Assembly (NCBI GenBank): GCA_964016885.1
Contig: CAXHJY010000803.1
Location: 1-64,000, forward strand
Origin: Eledone cirrhosa
Lineage: Eukaryota
Length of the DNA: 64,000 nucleotides
Direction: 5' to 3'
Shown here: piece by piece, positions 60,961 through 64,000 of the stretch
Layout of the letters: every line of letters begins with the position of its first letter
Position numbering within the stretch: position 1 is the stretch's first letter
The notes under the pieces: generated by a model
Database searches by the model: none
What the model was told of the DNA's origin: nothing
The model's input: only the letters and a program-made list of their open reading frames with translations
Made by a program: the position numbers and the translations under genes

Positions 60961-61356
60961 ATGAGTACACGTGTCTGTGAAATGTTCGATCATTTACTCG
61001 TTGATTATATAAGTAAGGTGTTCGATTAATCGAACAACTGGAACATTTTCGAAACAGAGAGGACAGTCCAGAGGATCAACAATGTTGAAGTGAGGAGATT
61101 TATATCATCCTAGAAATATTTATCTCTGCTTTAAAAAGGAGATAGAGAGAGAGGTGTAACCAATACAGCTATTATTTACAGCAGATATATCGATCTTGTT
61201 GGTTCGATGAATGAAGAAGTTTGTTGCTGTTGTTATTGTTGTAGTTGTTTTTAAACCCAAGGTCAGCCATGCTGAAGAAGTCCTCAATCACATATTCCAG
61301 CCGTGACCATCATGTCTTGTTTTTATGTGCAGGGAATCCAGGACAACATTATATTA

Positions 61357-61546
61357 TGGTGAATTGGCAGTATCGGTAGATGGTTGGACGCCATGCTTTC
61401 TAGCAGAGTCACATCCCTTTACGGTTTAAGTTCAAATCCCGTCGAGGTTAACTTTGCCTTTCATCCTTACGAGGTTGATAAAATAAAGTACCAGTAATGT
61501 ACTGGGGAATTTGCTGGCCTTGTGCCAAAAGAAGAAACAATTATAT
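61357..61546 (+). mobile_element. Family A SINE nested in a family B repeat
   Basis: Family B segments on both sides (61255-61355 and 61550-61585). Confidence 0.85.
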
Positions 61547-61734
61547 TATATAAGTTATTTAAAGGAGATTTGGCTGCTATTTTTGGTAGTGATGGCGGTG
61601 GTGGTGGTGGTGGTGGTGGTAGTGATGGTGGTGGTGATGGTAGTGGTAGAGAGTGGGGTGGATTGTAGTGTTCGCGTTGCGATGGTGATATATGTTTATA
61701 TATTTATGTGTTCGTGTGCAAGTGCGCGTATATG

Positions 61735-61808
<74 letters not shown>

Positions 61809-62844
61809 CATGTGTGTATGTGTGACTGTATGCGTGTGAGTGCGTGAGTATGTGTATGTGCATGTATGTGTGTGTATATGTATGCGTGTGTGTATGTGTG
61901 TGGGTATGTGTGTGTATGTGTATGCGTGTGGGTATGTGTGTGTATATGTATAGGAAAGCCACGGTTCTGACCTGTAGACACGTGTGGCAGTGAATGTTCA
62001 CGTGTCATTAGCGAAACACGTGTAATAACGGCTCCGTCTGCTTCGTTGTTGATACTGCGGCGGCGGGGAGGAGGGGGGGGGGGGGTGATGGCAGCTTTGA
62101 AATGGACATTGGATGGGAGCAGGAGGGGATGAGGTGAAGTCAGAGAATGATGTCTGGAGAAAAGGGTACATGCATGTGTGTGAGAGAGTGTGTGTGTGTG
62201 TGAGAGAGAGAGGGAGGGGGGGGGGGATTGAAATATAAATACAAAGACAGGAAAAGGAGAGGAGAGAAAGAGATGAAGATGGTTGTGTGTGTGTGTAAGA
62301 TCTATCTATCTATCTCTCTCTCTTCCTCCTTCTTCCTCTCTCTTCCTCCCTTTTCCTATCTCTCTTCCTCTCTCTCTCTATATATATAGAGAGAGAGGGA
62401 GAAGAGAGAGAGAGGGAGGGAGAGGGGGAGAGGAAGTGAGAGAGAGAAGAGGGAGAGAAAGCGGGGGGGGGGGGGAGATGGTTGAAGGAAGAATATCCAA
62501 GAGTTATGAAGTTGTCCCTTTGGAAGATGTCAGTTGCAGCAGTGAGACGACAAGGTGCAGCATCCTCACTGTAGATACACACACATACACACACATACAC
62601 ATGCATACACATACACATACACATACACACACATACACATATACACATACAAACGCACACATATACATACAGAAATACATATACTCACACTTTTTCATGG
62701 AACAACCGAACCAATCATAGTAGAAAGTGATGGCCATCGATCTGACGAAGAGACGAAATACTTTGAAGCCACTAAGAAATGATTATGTAGCTTTGAAACC
62801 TATTTCTATATAGTTAAGGACCGAAACACTTCCTTGAAGCGGGG

Positions 62845-63313
62845 TTTCTTCTCTGGAGACCTTCTGCTGTCCAGCTCACCTGAGAGTTTCTTCTCTGAAA
62901 ACCTTCTGCTGTCCAGCTCACCTGAGAGTTTCTTCTCTGGAGACCTTCTGCTGTCCAGCTCACCTGAGAGTTTCTTCTCTGAAAACCTTCTGCTGTCCAG
63001 CTCACCTGAGAGTTTCTTCTCTGACGACCTTCTGCTGTCCAGCTCTCCCTGAGAGTTTCTTCTCTGAAGACCTTCTGTTGTCCAGCTCACCTGAGAGTTT
63101 CTTCTCTGAAGACCTTCTGTTGTCCAGCTCACCTGAGAGTTTCTTCTCTGACGACCTTCTGCTGTCCAGCTCTCCCTGAGAGTTTCTTCTCTGAAGACCT
63201 TCTGTTGTCCAGCTCACCTGAGAGTTTCTTCTCTGAAGACCTTCTGTTGTCCAGCTCACCTGAGAGTTTCTTCTCTGAAGACCTTCTGCTGTCCAGCTCA
63301 CCTGAGAGTTTCT
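62845..63313. repeat. 42/43-bp minisatellite (~11 units)
   Basis: Unit GTTTCTTCTCTGAAGACCTTCTGCTGTCCAGCTCACCTGAGA; 14-aa periodicity in the ORF track. Confidence 0.96.
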
Positions 63314-63607
63314 TACCACCATAAAACAATTATTTTATATTATCCTATAAATACTTCGTGCATGAAATAAGTTAAACGTTATTATAACTATCATTTTTTT
63401 ATGCGGAAGGCGTCTCTGTCTAAACAAGACAAGATATTGTGCGTGACATTTTAGTAGCTTTAAAGAATCTGTAACAAAGGGTCAGGGTCACAGGTGTTAG
63501 CTTTAGAGGATCAGTGAATATTAAATATAGGATTTCAGTAACCTAGTAACGAACAGTCAACTGAATTCTTGGAATTTACCAATTACGATGATATAGTGTA
63601 TATATGA

Positions 63608-63765
63608 AGGCGGTGTATTGGCAGTGTTGTAGGTCTGTCGGCCAGAATACTTGGCTGTATTCGTCCCAGCGATCTGTGTTCAAATCCCACCGTGATCAAC
63701 TCTAGATTTCATCCTTTCGAGGACGATTAAACACAAGTAGTAGTCCAGTACTTAGGTCGATACTT
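63608..63765 (+). mobile_element. Old family A SINE
   Basis: GGCGGTGTATTGGCAG head, GTTCAAATCC, TTTCATCCTTTCG. Confidence 0.75.
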
Positions 63766-63810
63766 TCTCTATATTTCATTCTCACTTCCACTCTCACACA
63801 CACACACACA

Positions 63811-63923
<113 letters not shown>

Positions 63924-64000
63924 GAAAAAAAACACAATTGTTACCTTCAGACGTTGAGAAGTGGTGGGCTCCGCCAGTTTTAAAATGATGTCACGACGGC

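Noticed and set aside
62735-62770. CTGACGA-AGAGAC-GAAA hammerhead-like string
   Set aside because: Stem II cannot form and stem I is absent.
62806-63329. Repeat-protein ORFs (ELDSRRSSEKKLSG)n
   Set aside because: 43-bp units break the frame; best explained as a minisatellite.

Overview
AT-rich, extremely repeat-dense eukaryotic DNA, most consistent with an octopod cephalopod (inferred from the SINE, LINE and microsatellite content). No intact host protein-coding gene is recognisable. Nearly all ORFs in the supplied track (YIYI, VCVC, HTHT, poly-V/T/P) are artefacts of (TA)n, (CA)n and trinucleotide microsatellites. Real content: about 25 copies of a tRNA-derived SINE with a Deu/Nin-like core plus other SINE families; fragments of CR1-, RTE-, Tx1/L1-, R4/Dong- and Penelope-type retrotransposons; a non-autonomous Helitron; two MITEs; several minisatellites; and a ~1.3 kb near-identical duplication (offset 6484 bp). 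Most interesting: two structurally complete minimal type I hammerhead ribozymes (13400-13464, 23402-23502), a palindromic (TA)n-embedded element family with a hammerhead-like stem, repeated fold-back inversions around (TA)n arrays, an inverted element carrying two convergent tRNA-like heads, and a cluster of eight CACGTG E-boxes around a promoter-like island at 59.2-62.0 kb.
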